DNA from: an uncultured Planctomycetota bacterium
Lineage (GTDB): Bacteria > Planctomycetota > Planctomycetia > Isosphaerales > Isosphaeraceae
Assembly (NCBI GenBank): GCA_963823665.1
Contig: CAWGMQ010000004.1
Span: 1,824,001 to 1,888,000, forward strand
DNA: 64,000 nucleotides
Direction: 5' to 3'
Part shown: positions 31,832-40,835 of the stretch, one piece after another
How positions within the stretch are numbered: the stretch's first letter is position 1
Layout: each line of letters begins with the position of its first letter
Notes under the pieces: generated by a model
Told to the model about the DNA's origin: nothing
Database searches by the model: none
Seen by the model: only the letters and a program-made list of their open reading frames with translations
Position numbers and translations under genes: made by a program

Positions 31832-33643
31832 TCAAACTGCAATGTGCCCGTGCGGCAGGATGTAACCCAACTCCAGAAGCTTGTCGATGATGTGGTTGAC
31901 ACACTCCTGCACCGAGAGCGTGCCGGTATCGAGAGTGACTTCGGGATTGCTCGGCGGCTCGTACGGATCGTCCACGCCGGTGAATCCCATCGGTCTGCCG
32001 TTGGACACCGCCGCCCGCGCCTTGGCATATATGCCCTTCACATCGCGTTTTTCGCAAACGTCGATCGGCGTCGAGCAGTAGATCTCGACGAAGTTCCCAC
32101 CCGACATCTGGCGAGCCTCGTCACGGATCGCCCGGTACGGGCTGATGACCGAGCAAAGCGTCGTGCCGCCGTGCTGCGCGACCAGACCGGCCACGTAGCC
32201 AACTCGGCGAATATTCGTGTCCCGGTCTTCCTTGCTGAAGCTCAGGCCCTTGGAAAGATGCGTGCGGATTTCGTCTCCGTCGAGCAGCGAGCAATTTCGC
32301 CCGAACTCCGCCAGCCGTTCGATCGTCGCGTGGGCAACCGTGCTCTTGCCCGAGCCCGAAAGTCCCGTGAACCATAGCGTGATCCCCTGGCGGAACTTGG
32401 GCGGATTGGCTTCATTCAGGATTTCAGCCACCGCCGGTCGGCTAAACCACTCCGGAAGCTGAACACCCTTCGCCAGATAGTTGTCGCGGATCTGCGTCTC
32501 CGAAATATCCGCCGTCTTCGTCCCCGCAGGCACTTCGTCCACGGCTGCATAGCAGTCTTTTTCAGGCAAGTACACGCTCTGCTTGATTTCGACCATCTCC
32601 ACGCCAAGCTCTTTCTCATGCGCGGCCATCGACTCTTGCGCCGCGCACGGATCGTAGAACGGCTTCCCCGCCGAATCGTCACCCGGCCCGGCATGATCGT
32701 GGCCGACGATGAAATGCGTGCATCCGTAATTCCGCCGGATAATCGCGTGCAACAGCACCTCCTTCGGCCCGGCCATTCGCATTGCCAGTGGCAGCAAGGA
32801 GAGCAACGCACTGCCGGAATCATAATAGTTGTCCACCAGTGCTCGGTAACTCCGCACCCGGGTGAAATGACCCACGTCGCCGGGCTTGGTCATGCCCACC
32901 ACCGGGTGGATCAACAGGCCCCCGCCGACCTGCCGGGCCGCTCGCTTCGTCAGCTCTTCGTGTGCCCGATGCAACGGGTTGTGCGTATGGAACGCGACGA
33001 TCTTGCTCCAGCCCAGCGTTTGAAAATGCTCCCGCAGTTCCGCCGGCGTGTGCCGCAATGATACAAAGTCGTAATGCGGCGGCACGCGGATCACCTCCAA
33101 GCGGCCCGAAGCATAATGGCCCGGCAGCCGGTTCAGATACGCAACGGACGGGTGCTTCTCATCCACCGATCCATAAGCACCCCGCGCTTCGTTGTCCTTG
33201 TCGTAGGCGTAGATCTCCTCGACGTGCAGGAACGCTAGCAAGTTGCCGTACACGTCCCGCAAGGCCAGCGCCTTCCCCTCGGCGATTCCATCTCCGGGCT
33301 TTACCGGCAACACAACCGGCAATGGCCACAGCGTCCCGTCGGCCAACCGTGATTCACCGACAACCCGCGCATAGTCCGCCTTGTTCATGAACGTCGAAAG
33401 TGGCGAAAAACCGCCGACCGCCAGCAGCTCCAGATCGCAAAGTGGCCGCTCTTCAAGCGTAATGCTGGCGAAGTCCTTCGCGGTCGCTTTCATCTCGGCC
33501 GCACGTTCTTGACCGACAACCAAGTCCACTAGCTTTCCGCCAAACGGCGAATTCAGCGCCCCGGCCCGCGATCCTGTGGTCCCAGCCGAGTTCTCCCTTG
33601 AGGTAGGTATTGCAACTCTCCTTCTTGATGCCGCAGCCGGCAT
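31832..33643 (-). CDS. sat/cysC: Sulfate adenylyltransferase / adenylylsulfate kinase fusion (Sat domain motifs altered); start uncertain
   Basis: GGFSPL, HRAHEEL, MRMAGPKE, RRNYGCTHFIVG; APS kinase WFTGLSGSGKST, LLDGD, FTGVDDPYE. Confidence 0.92.
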   Translation of the reverse strand: MPAAASRRRVAIPTSRENSAGTTGSRAGALNSPFGGKLVDLVVGQERAAEMKATAKDFASITLEERPLCDLELLAVGGFSPLSTFMNKADYARVVGESRLADGTLWPLPVVLPVKPGDGIAEGKALALRDVYGNLLAFLHVEEIYAYDKDNEARGAYGSVDEKHPSVAYLNRLPGHYASGRLEVIRVPPHYDFVSLRHTPAELREHFQTLGWSKIVAFHTHNPLHRAHEELTKRAARQVGGGLLIHPVVGMTKPGDVGHFTRVRSYRALVDNYYDSGSALLSLLPLAMRMAGPKEVLLHAIIRRNYGCTHFIVGHDHAGPGDDSAGKPFYDPCAAQESMAAHEKELGVEMVEIKQSVYLPEKDCYAAVDEVPAGTKTADISETQIRDNYLAKGVQLPEWFSRPAVAEILNEANPPKFRQGITLWFTGLSGSGKSTVAHATIERLAEFGRNCSLLDGDEIRTHLSKGLSFSKEDRDTNIRRVGYVAGLVAQHGGTTLCSVISPYRAIRDEARQMSGGNFVEIYCSTPIDVCEKRDVKGIYAKARAAVSNGRPMGFTGVDDPYEPPSNPEVTLDTGTLSVQECVNHIIDKLLELGYILPHGHIAV

Positions 33644-33730
33644 TGTCAGAAAAAATGAACCATAAACCGTCTCATAAATCGTTGAGACGCGCCTAGCCCT
33701 CGCGTGGGCCAGCTCCCACGCCAGCCTCGC

Positions 33731-34148
33731 TCAAATCACCCACTCACGCGGCGAACATCGCCCCGCAAGCTGCGCGACTGTCGTCCGCGCCAGCACCGCG
33801 CGCTCAGCCGCACGTACATCGTCCCACACCGATTCGAGAACCGAGCTGATCGAGTGCGGATCTCCCCCGGATTCGTCCCCCTGTGCACCCGCCGGATCGA
33901 TCGCCGAAAGAATCTCGGACAGCGAAATCGACTCCGGCTTGCGCCAGGCGATATCCGCCCGTCGCCCCCCGAGTGCTCACAACCAGCCCCGCTCCCTTCA
34001 ATTGAAGCAGGATCTGCACCAGATATCGCTCCGGAATGCAGTACGTCCCCGCAATATCTCGGATCCGAACCGGACCCGTTCCCGGCCCGTGCTGCGCCAG
34101 CGCCACCACGGCCAGACATGCATACTCTGACTTCGCTGTGATCTTCAT
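33731..34148 (-). CDS. Rrf2-family regulator (CymR-like), frameshifted near 33937
   Basis: MKITAKSEYACLAV, IPERYLVQILLQLKGAGLVVSTRGATGGYRLA; C-terminus VWDDVRAAERAVLARTTVAQLA in another frame. Confidence 0.88.
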
Positions 34149-34199
34149 TGAATTGAGCCGAAGCCCATTCTCGACCTCTCGAATGCTAATCGCTGTCGA

Positions 34200-34925
34200 T
34201 CAAAGTAGACTGCTGTCGAGCGAGTGCAACCCGCATTCGGTCTTCGCGTGCCCCGCCCAGCGGCCCGCACGCTCCGAGTCGCCGCCGGCTACTGCTCGTG
34301 TGCACGGCCAGCACCCGATCGACGGGTATCCCTGGTCGTGCAGCGAATTGTAAGGCACGTTGTTCGTGGCGATAAACGCCCAGACGTCTCGCCGCGACCA
34401 GTGGAGGAGTGGATTCACCTTCACCAGACCGAACTTGCGGTCCTTCCCCACCACGCTCGCAGCCCCGCGATGCGACGATTGATCGCCTCGAATCGCCGTG
34501 ATCCACGCGTCGTAGCCCACGAGCGCCCTCCGCAACGGCACGATCTTCCGGTCATAGCAACACTGGTCCGGATGCGCCAGATACACTGGCCCCCCGTGCT
34601 CTTTCTCGTACTCGCCCGTTGTCGTCTCGGGCCGCACCATCTCCACCTCGATCCCATAGCGATCGCGAATCTGGTCCCGCAGCGCCAGCGTCTCGGCAAA
34701 CTGATATCCCGTGTCCAGATTAAAGACACGCACCTTCGGGTCAATCTCTGCCAGAAGATGAATCAGCACACACCCTTCCGCACCAAACGCCGTCGCCATC
34801 GTCAGCCGAGATTGAAATCGCTCGATCGCCCACTCCAGAATCCCGCGCGGGGTCGATCCTATCAATTTTGAGTTGACGTCTGTCCACTCTTCTTCGGCCA
34901 CAGCTACGGACAACGAGGTCGCCAT
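34200..34925 (-). CDS. cysH: Adenylylsulfate/phosphoadenylylsulfate reductase (Fe-S type)
   Basis: LDTGYQF, CC motif (DQCCYDRK), GYPSIGCWPCT, KTECGLH. Confidence 0.95.
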   Translation of the reverse strand: MATSLSVAVAEEEWTDVNSKLIGSTPRGILEWAIERFQSRLTMATAFGAEGCVLIHLLAEIDPKVRVFNLDTGYQFAETLALRDQIRDRYGIEVEMVRPETTTGEYEKEHGGPVYLAHPDQCCYDRKIVPLRRALVGYDAWITAIRGDQSSHRGAASVVGKDRKFGLVKVNPLLHWSRRDVWAFIATNNVPYNSLHDQGYPSIGCWPCTRAVAGGDSERAGRWAGHAKTECGLHSLDSSLL

Positions 34926-34958
34926 CTTGTCCTCCTTCCCAAATCAATCATGCGAATC

Positions 34959-35675
34959 TTACATATCCCGACGATCTAAGTCAAGATTCGCGGTCGCAAC
35001 CCAGGCAGGCAGACGCTCCTCGTGCCGGGTGATGGCCTGGTCGTGGAGCATCGTTTCGCCGATCGAGTCCTGTCCATGCAGCAGCCTGTGGCGATGAGCT
35101 TCGGGAATGGTGAAATGAAAAAGGCTGTCCACCGGCTCGGACGAGGTGTCGATTTGCGAATGAAGCTTTACCGTCTGCTCACGAAGGTCGATCGTGACTT
35201 CAACTGAGCCCGGGCTCTGGCGTGCCGCCCCGGCGATCGTCTCCCACTCGGCGTCGTCCAGCTCGATGGGGAGCAAGCCGTTCTGAAATGCGTTTGATTC
35301 GAAGATATCGGCAAACCCGGTCTTACGCCCCCGCGCGATCACCGCTCGATAGCCCGCCTGCGCCACCGCCCATACCGCGTGCTCGCGGCTCGAGCCGCAC
35401 CCGAAATTGTGACCCACCACCAGAACCGTGGCCCCTTTGACCGCACTGTCGTTCAGCGGAAATTCGCCCAGCTCCACGCCGTGTTCATTCGGCCGTTCAG
35501 CCTCGGGCGCCCCGCCCGGAGCATACCGCTTGTCGGCGAAGAGCAGGGGACCGAACCCCGTTCGCTCGATCTTCTTCAGGTAACGCGCGGGAATGATCAA
35601 GTCGGTGTTGACGTCGGTCCAGTCCAGGAGCGCCACGCGACCGCGATGAGTGATGAAAGGTTCCAAGAGAAACAA
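34959..35675 (-). CDS. leuD: 3-isopropylmalate dehydratase small subunit
   Basis: NTDLIIPARYLK, NFGCGSSREHAVWA, FADIFESNAFQNGLLP. Confidence 0.93.
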   Translation of the reverse strand: MFLLEPFITHRGRVALLDWTDVNTDLIIPARYLKKIERTGFGPLLFADKRYAPGGAPEAERPNEHGVELGEFPLNDSAVKGATVLVVGHNFGCGSSREHAVWAVAQAGYRAVIARGRKTGFADIFESNAFQNGLLPIELDDAEWETIAGAARQSPGSVEVTIDLREQTVKLHSQIDTSSEPVDSLFHFTIPEAHRHRLLHGQDSIGETMLHDQAITRHEERLPAWVATANLDLDRRDM

Positions 35676-35684
35676 CTCCGGGGC

Positions 35685-37097
35685 TTAATGCGTCTGGGAT
35701 AACAGCCTGCGCACATCCGCGAATCGCCCGATCACCGCCGCCGCCGCTGCCATGGCTGGGCTGACCAGGTGGGTCCGCCCCCCCGGCCCTTGCCGGCCCT
35801 CAAAGTTGCGGTTGCTGGTGCTGGCAGATCGCTGGCCCGGCTGGAGCTTGTCGGGGTTCATCGCCAGGCACATGCTGCACCCCGCTTTGCGCCACTCGGC
35901 GCCCGCCTCCAGAAAAATCCGGTCGAGCCCCTCCGCCTCGGCTTGATGACGAACCGCCTCGCTGCCGGGCACGACCAGGGCCCGCACGCTCGCTGCCACC
36001 TTCCGGCCGCGCAGCACGCGCGCCGCGGTGCGCAGGTCCTCGATCCGCCCGTTGGTGCATGAGCCAATGAACACCACGTCAACCGGAATCTCCGTGACCG
36101 GCGTTCCCGGAACGAGCCCCATGTATTCGAGTGCGCGCCTCGCGTCCTCGGCTGACGCAAACGGTACGTCTTCCGGCTCCGGCACCAATCCGGTCACGTC
36201 CACCGTCATGCCGGGGTTCGTTCCCCACGTCACCTGGGGCACAAGCGCCGATGCGTCGATTGAGACCCGGCGGGCAAACGCTTCCTCCGTGTCCGTGCGC
36301 AGAGTCTTCCAGTCGGCGATCGCGGCTTCAAGAACAGCCCCGCGAGGGGCGAACGGGCGCTCGCCCTCCGTGATGTAATTGATCGTCACGTCGTCCGGCG
36401 CGATCAGTCCGGCACGCGCCCCCGCCTCGATCGACATGTTGCAGATTGTCATCCGCCCTTCCATCGACAGAGCCTCGATCGCCCTCCCGTAATATTCGAT
36501 CGCATGCCCCGTCGCGCCGCCGGTGCCAATCTTGCGGATGATCGCCAGAATGATGTCCTTCGGCTCGAGCCCGGGTCCGAGGCACCCGGTCACCTCGATT
36601 CCAAAGGATGCCGGCCGAAGTCCCTGCCAGAGCGTCTGCGTCGCCAGAACATGCTCCACCTCACTGGTGCCGATTCCAAACGCCAGCGCGCCGAAGGCCC
36701 CATGTGTGCTCGTGTGGCTGTCGCCGCAAACAACGGTCATTCCTGGAAGCGTCAGCCCCAGCTCCGGCCCGATCACGTGCACGATCCCCTGCCGCCCGCT
36801 CGCGATGTCATAAAGCGCGATCCCGAACTCCGGGCAGTTGGCCCGCATCGCCTCCACCTGCCGCCGCGACAGCGGGTCGGCAATCGCAATCTGCTCGTCT
36901 GTCGGAACGTTGTGATCGACCGTTGCGAATGTTAAGTCCGGCCTGCGCACCCGCCGCCCCGCTAGCCTCAATCCCTCGAACGCCTGCGGACTCGTCACCT
37001 CGTGCAACAGATGCCGGTCGATATACTGCAGCGTCGCCTCGTCCGTCTGCTCCACCACGTGCCGGTTCCATACCTTCTCAAATAACGTCTCACCCAT
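35685..37097 (-). CDS. leuC: 3-isopropylmalate dehydratase large subunit
   Basis: [52 protein letters not shown]. Confidence 0.96.
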   Translation of the reverse strand: MGETLFEKVWNRHVVEQTDEATLQYIDRHLLHEVTSPQAFEGLRLAGRRVRRPDLTFATVDHNVPTDEQIAIADPLSRRQVEAMRANCPEFGIALYDIASGRQGIVHVIGPELGLTLPGMTVVCGDSHTSTHGAFGALAFGIGTSEVEHVLATQTLWQGLRPASFGIEVTGCLGPGLEPKDIILAIIRKIGTGGATGHAIEYYGRAIEALSMEGRMTICNMSIEAGARAGLIAPDDVTINYITEGERPFAPRGAVLEAAIADWKTLRTDTEEAFARRVSIDASALVPQVTWGTNPGMTVDVTGLVPEPEDVPFASAEDARRALEYMGLVPGTPVTEIPVDVVFIGSCTNGRIEDLRTAARVLRGRKVAASVRALVVPGSEAVRHQAEAEGLDRIFLEAGAEWRKAGCSMCLAMNPDKLQPGQRSASTSNRNFEGRQGPGGRTHLVSPAMAAAAAVIGRFADVRRLLSQTH

Positions 37098-37506
37098 CGT
37101 TCAAAAACCTTCGCCGTGAATTAAAACTTGAGGACTCAAACGCGACGCTTCAGTTGAATTCATGCTCCCTCTCCCCCCGGGAGAGGGCCGGGGTGAGGGG
37201 CCTTCGGTGCGAGATCGCAAGTTGATTCATGCCCCCTCTCCCCCCGGGAAAGGGCCGGAGTGAGGGTTTCCCCGCACGCCGACACTCCCCGCCCCATTCT
37301 GGTTCACAACCGTTCCACCATACCAAGATTGTCATCCTCGGCTCCCCCCACGACAAGGCTTCCCATTCATCACTACGCCGCTCCAGCCGTTCGTCGCCTC
37401 GCGCCCACCAACCAGATCGCATTCCCAGCTTAAGTTCCCTCAAGCACCCACCCTGGCACTCGTCCGACATTTGTGGTAGGATTCCCCCAAACTGACCCCA
37501 GCAACG

Positions 37507-37524
37507 GACAACTGACAACTGACA
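37507..37524 (+). repeat. Heptamer repeat (GACAACT)n
   Basis: GACAACTGACAACTGACAA; a longer tract at 60583-60610. Confidence 0.75.
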
Positions 37525-37532
37525 AAAATCAA

Positions 37533-39478
37533 ATGCCAATCCTCCGCCGTGAGCTGACACTCTCCGCCCGTCGCGGCCGCGTCCATGTCGACCGCGCCTG
37601 GTTCGCGGGTATCCTCCTCGTCATCGTGCTGGGTACGTTCATCTCCTGGTATTACGCCCTCAAGGGGGCATGGAGCGCCGACATGATGTCGGCGGTCGCC
37701 ACTCGGTCGTTTCTCTTTGTGGTGATCGCACACGCCATGTCGATCTTCATGCTCTCCACGATCGGGGCAGTCTCCATCGCCGGCGAGGTGGATCGAAAAA
37801 CCCTGGGATTCCTGCTCGCAACCCGCCTGGGAAACGCCGAGATCGTTCTCGGCAAGTTCGCGGCTTGTATGATTGGGTTCCTCAGCATTGTCGCCGCCGG
37901 CCTGCCGGTGATGCTTCTCTTGAACGTCTTGGGGGGCGTGCACCCGCAGTTGATCTTGCTGGCTTATGCGGGAATCCTCTCGACCGCGTTTTTCATCATC
38001 TCCTTGGCGCTCTGGGTCTCGAGCGGTGCTCCGGATGGCCGCCGCGCGACGAGCATCGCGGTGCTCGCCGTCATGGCTTGGCTTTTCGTTCCGATGCTCT
38101 TGGGAATGACCCCGCTTCTCTCGCGAATCGGCATCCGGCCGCCCGACGTCCTCGTCACGATCAACGCGTGGATTCTCTCCAGCAACCCCGTCAGCCTGCT
38201 CCCGCGGTTCATCGGCGGCGTCAACCCGCGAGCACTCTCCTCCGCAGTCTCCTGGATGTGCGGCCTCCAGCTCGCCTCGGGCGCCGTCTTCGTCGCCGCG
38301 TCGATATTCCGGCTCCGCAGCGCTTATCGCACCAATGTGGGCGGCGACGGACACGGCGTGATGCGCCGCCTCGCACTGCCCGCATGGCGCTTCCGGCCTC
38401 GCCCACCGGTGGGCGACGACCCGATCTTCTGGAGAGAGCGCTACACCTCCCGCTCCGGATTGATCGGTCAGCTCGTGGGCTTCTGCATCACAGTGGCGAT
38501 CTATTGCACGCTCGCCTACTTCACCTTTTTCTTCGCACGCCCGGCCTTCGTTGAGCTCTGGCATCACGGCTACACCGCCGCGACCGCATCCGCCCAGAAG
38601 CCCGAGCTCAACCTCCTCGTCCGATTGTTTATGGAGCAATCCGGCCCCGGCACTCCGATCGACGCAGCCAGGACCCAGTTCAACATTTTTCTCCGCTTCG
38701 TGACCGGCGCGGTCCTGTTCATGATCGCCCTCATTTCCACCGGAATTGCCCTCGAGGTGCTCAGCGCCGAGCGCACCAGGGAGACCTGGAACAGCCTGAT
38801 CGCCACGCCTCTCTCCGGCCGTGATATCCTGCTCGGCAAGTTCCGCGCCTGCCTCTGGCGGCTGGCGGAATCCTGGTAACGGTCCTGTCGCTCTGGACAC
38901 TCGGGCTCCTCTCGGGCGCGCTTCATCCGCTGGGTTTCCTCGCTGCTGTGCTCATCTTGGCCTCCTCGACCAGCCTGTTCCTGGTCTTCGGCCTCCGGGT
39001 CGCGTTGACAACTGCCGATCGGAACGCCGCCGCCGGTCGAACCGTAATTCCGATGCTCGTGCCGATGGTCTCGGTGGCCCTTCCTTTCCTGCTGCCGGCC
39101 CGCTTCAGCTCGGTCTTGTGGGGCGTGGCATCGATCCCGCTGCTCGCCTCGCTCTCGCTCGTCACCTATGGCGAGCTGCATCACTCGCTCCAGCACCCGC
39201 ACGGCCTCTACCTGGCTGCGGAGTGGATCGGCCTTCGCAGCGGTGATGCTCCAATCACCGCCGCGCTCACCTGCCTGATCGGGATCATCACCCCCGCACT
39301 CGCCGCCTGGTGGATCTGGAACCATTGCCTGGCAAACTTCGACCGCTGGGTCGGTCGCCCATGGTCGCCTCATCGGCTATACCAGGCAACCAATTTCTCT
39401 AGCTCGCCGCGCTCGGCCAGTGTCCGCATCGCAAAGCGAACGTGGGGCAACGCCAGCATCTGGTCACCCCCGAAATGA
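37533..39478 (+). CDS. ABC-2-type transporter permease with duplicated permease domain, frameshift ~38866; 3' end uncertain
   Basis: SIAGEVDRKTLGFLLATRLGNAEIVLGKF and SAERTRETWNSLIATPLSGRDILLGKF; many TM helices. Confidence 0.8.
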
Positions 39479-40632
39479 TCGTCAACAACCTGAATTGCTT
39501 GCTCCACCGCTTTGACCGGAGCCAGGCCGGTAAAAGCTCGTGAGAGCCACAAGATCATCGGCAGCGTGAGCACGAGCGATTCAAGGCCGGCCCACAGCGG
39601 CATGTTGAAGTTAGGCGGCCCGCAGAATTGCAGCGAATTCAGCTTGACCACATAGTACCGCTCCAGAGTCTCATCCACTTCTGCCGGCATCCCGCTGCTT
39701 TGTTCGACCTCGTCGAAGCTGATGGCTTCCGGCAGGAACTCGTTCACGCGCGGCACGCGGCCCCGGCCCCGGGCGAACCGCCACCCGTCGCGCACCCGGC
39801 TGAGCCCTCGCCGGATGCCCTTGGCCCGGTGTACGTCGCGTTCCCGTCGGGCAAAAATCGGCAGTAGCACGCGGAACAGCACCTTCCCGAGCATTCGGTC
39901 GGGCGGCGGCACGTCCGCTGCTTCGCGGAGCACGTCCGTATCCACCGCGGCGCGCACAACCTGCAAAAACTCACTCAGACCCTTGCCTTTCAGGCCGTCC
40001 AGCTTCGCCTTGCGGCAAACGCGAGCCACAGCCAGGCACTTGCGCAGCCTTCGTTCGACACGATCGCTCCGGTCTTGCACGATCTCCACCAGCACCTGCA
40101 CGACCCGGCATACATCCGCCCACGGAAGCTGCTGGCCGGCTTGCAGCAAAGGAGCCGGCGCACTGTCCGCCGACCGGCCTTCGTGTTTTTCCAGCAAGCG
40201 CAAAAGCGCGACCAGGTCTTTTTCCGCGCCGCCCACCGGGCGACCCGAATTCGCCGCGGCCGACGGGCAAGAGAAACGCATGCCAACCCGCCATTGATTG
40301 CCTGCTGGTATGAGCATGAACGGAAACAAACGGCATACGAACGGTTTAACCTCGGCCCCGAAACGCTCTTGAAGCCGGCAATGGTTGGCCGTCGTCAAGA
40401 AGACGCAACCCCCATCAGGCCGATGTTTCAGCGTCCACTTCTTGTTGCCCCGACCCACCAGGGGCGCAAACCACGGCTTGGGAGCAACCTCAGGATCATT
40501 TGCCAGGTCCAGCGCTTCGATGCGAGCCTTCTCTTCCTCCGTGATCACCCCCTCAAGCCGCCGGCAGCAATCGCCGCAGCTATGGCAGTCCCAGTTTTGC
40601 ATCACAGGCAGATTCTTCAACGGAAACGACAT
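39370..40632 (-). CDS. YkgJ-family cysteine-cluster protein (FliB-like)
   Basis: CHSCGDCC, CVFL..CRL..KPFVCRLFPF, SCP. Confidence 0.8.
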   Translation of the reverse strand: MSFPLKNLPVMQNWDCHSCGDCCRRLEGVITEEEKARIEALDLANDPEVAPKPWFAPLVGRGNKKWTLKHRPDGGCVFLTTANHCRLQERFGAEVKPFVCRLFPFMLIPAGNQWRVGMRFSCPSAAANSGRPVGGAEKDLVALLRLLEKHEGRSADSAPAPLLQAGQQLPWADVCRVVQVLVEIVQDRSDRVERRLRKCLAVARVCRKAKLDGLKGKGLSEFLQVVRAAVDTDVLREAADVPPPDRMLGKVLFRVLLPIFARRERDVHRAKGIRRGLSRVRDGWRFARGRGRVPRVNEFLPEAISFDEVEQSSGMPAEVDETLERYYVVKLNSLQFCGPPNFNMPLWAGLESLVLTLPMILWLSRAFTGLAPVKAVEQAIQVVDDHFGGDQMLALPHVRFAMRTLAERGELEKLVAWYSR

Positions 40633-40835
40633 GGATACAGTCCGCCTCTGAGCCCGCCAAACCCCGGTCACGCCACACCTTGCCTTGATGACGACATGCC
40701 CAGAACCTGGAACCCCGTCGTCGCACGACACGACCACTCACCCATCATAATATTCGCCGACTTCTTGTGCCCCACCATCGTTGCCCCGAGACTTGATCAT
40801 CTCACAAAAAACGCACGCCCAAGCGGGCAAAGAAA

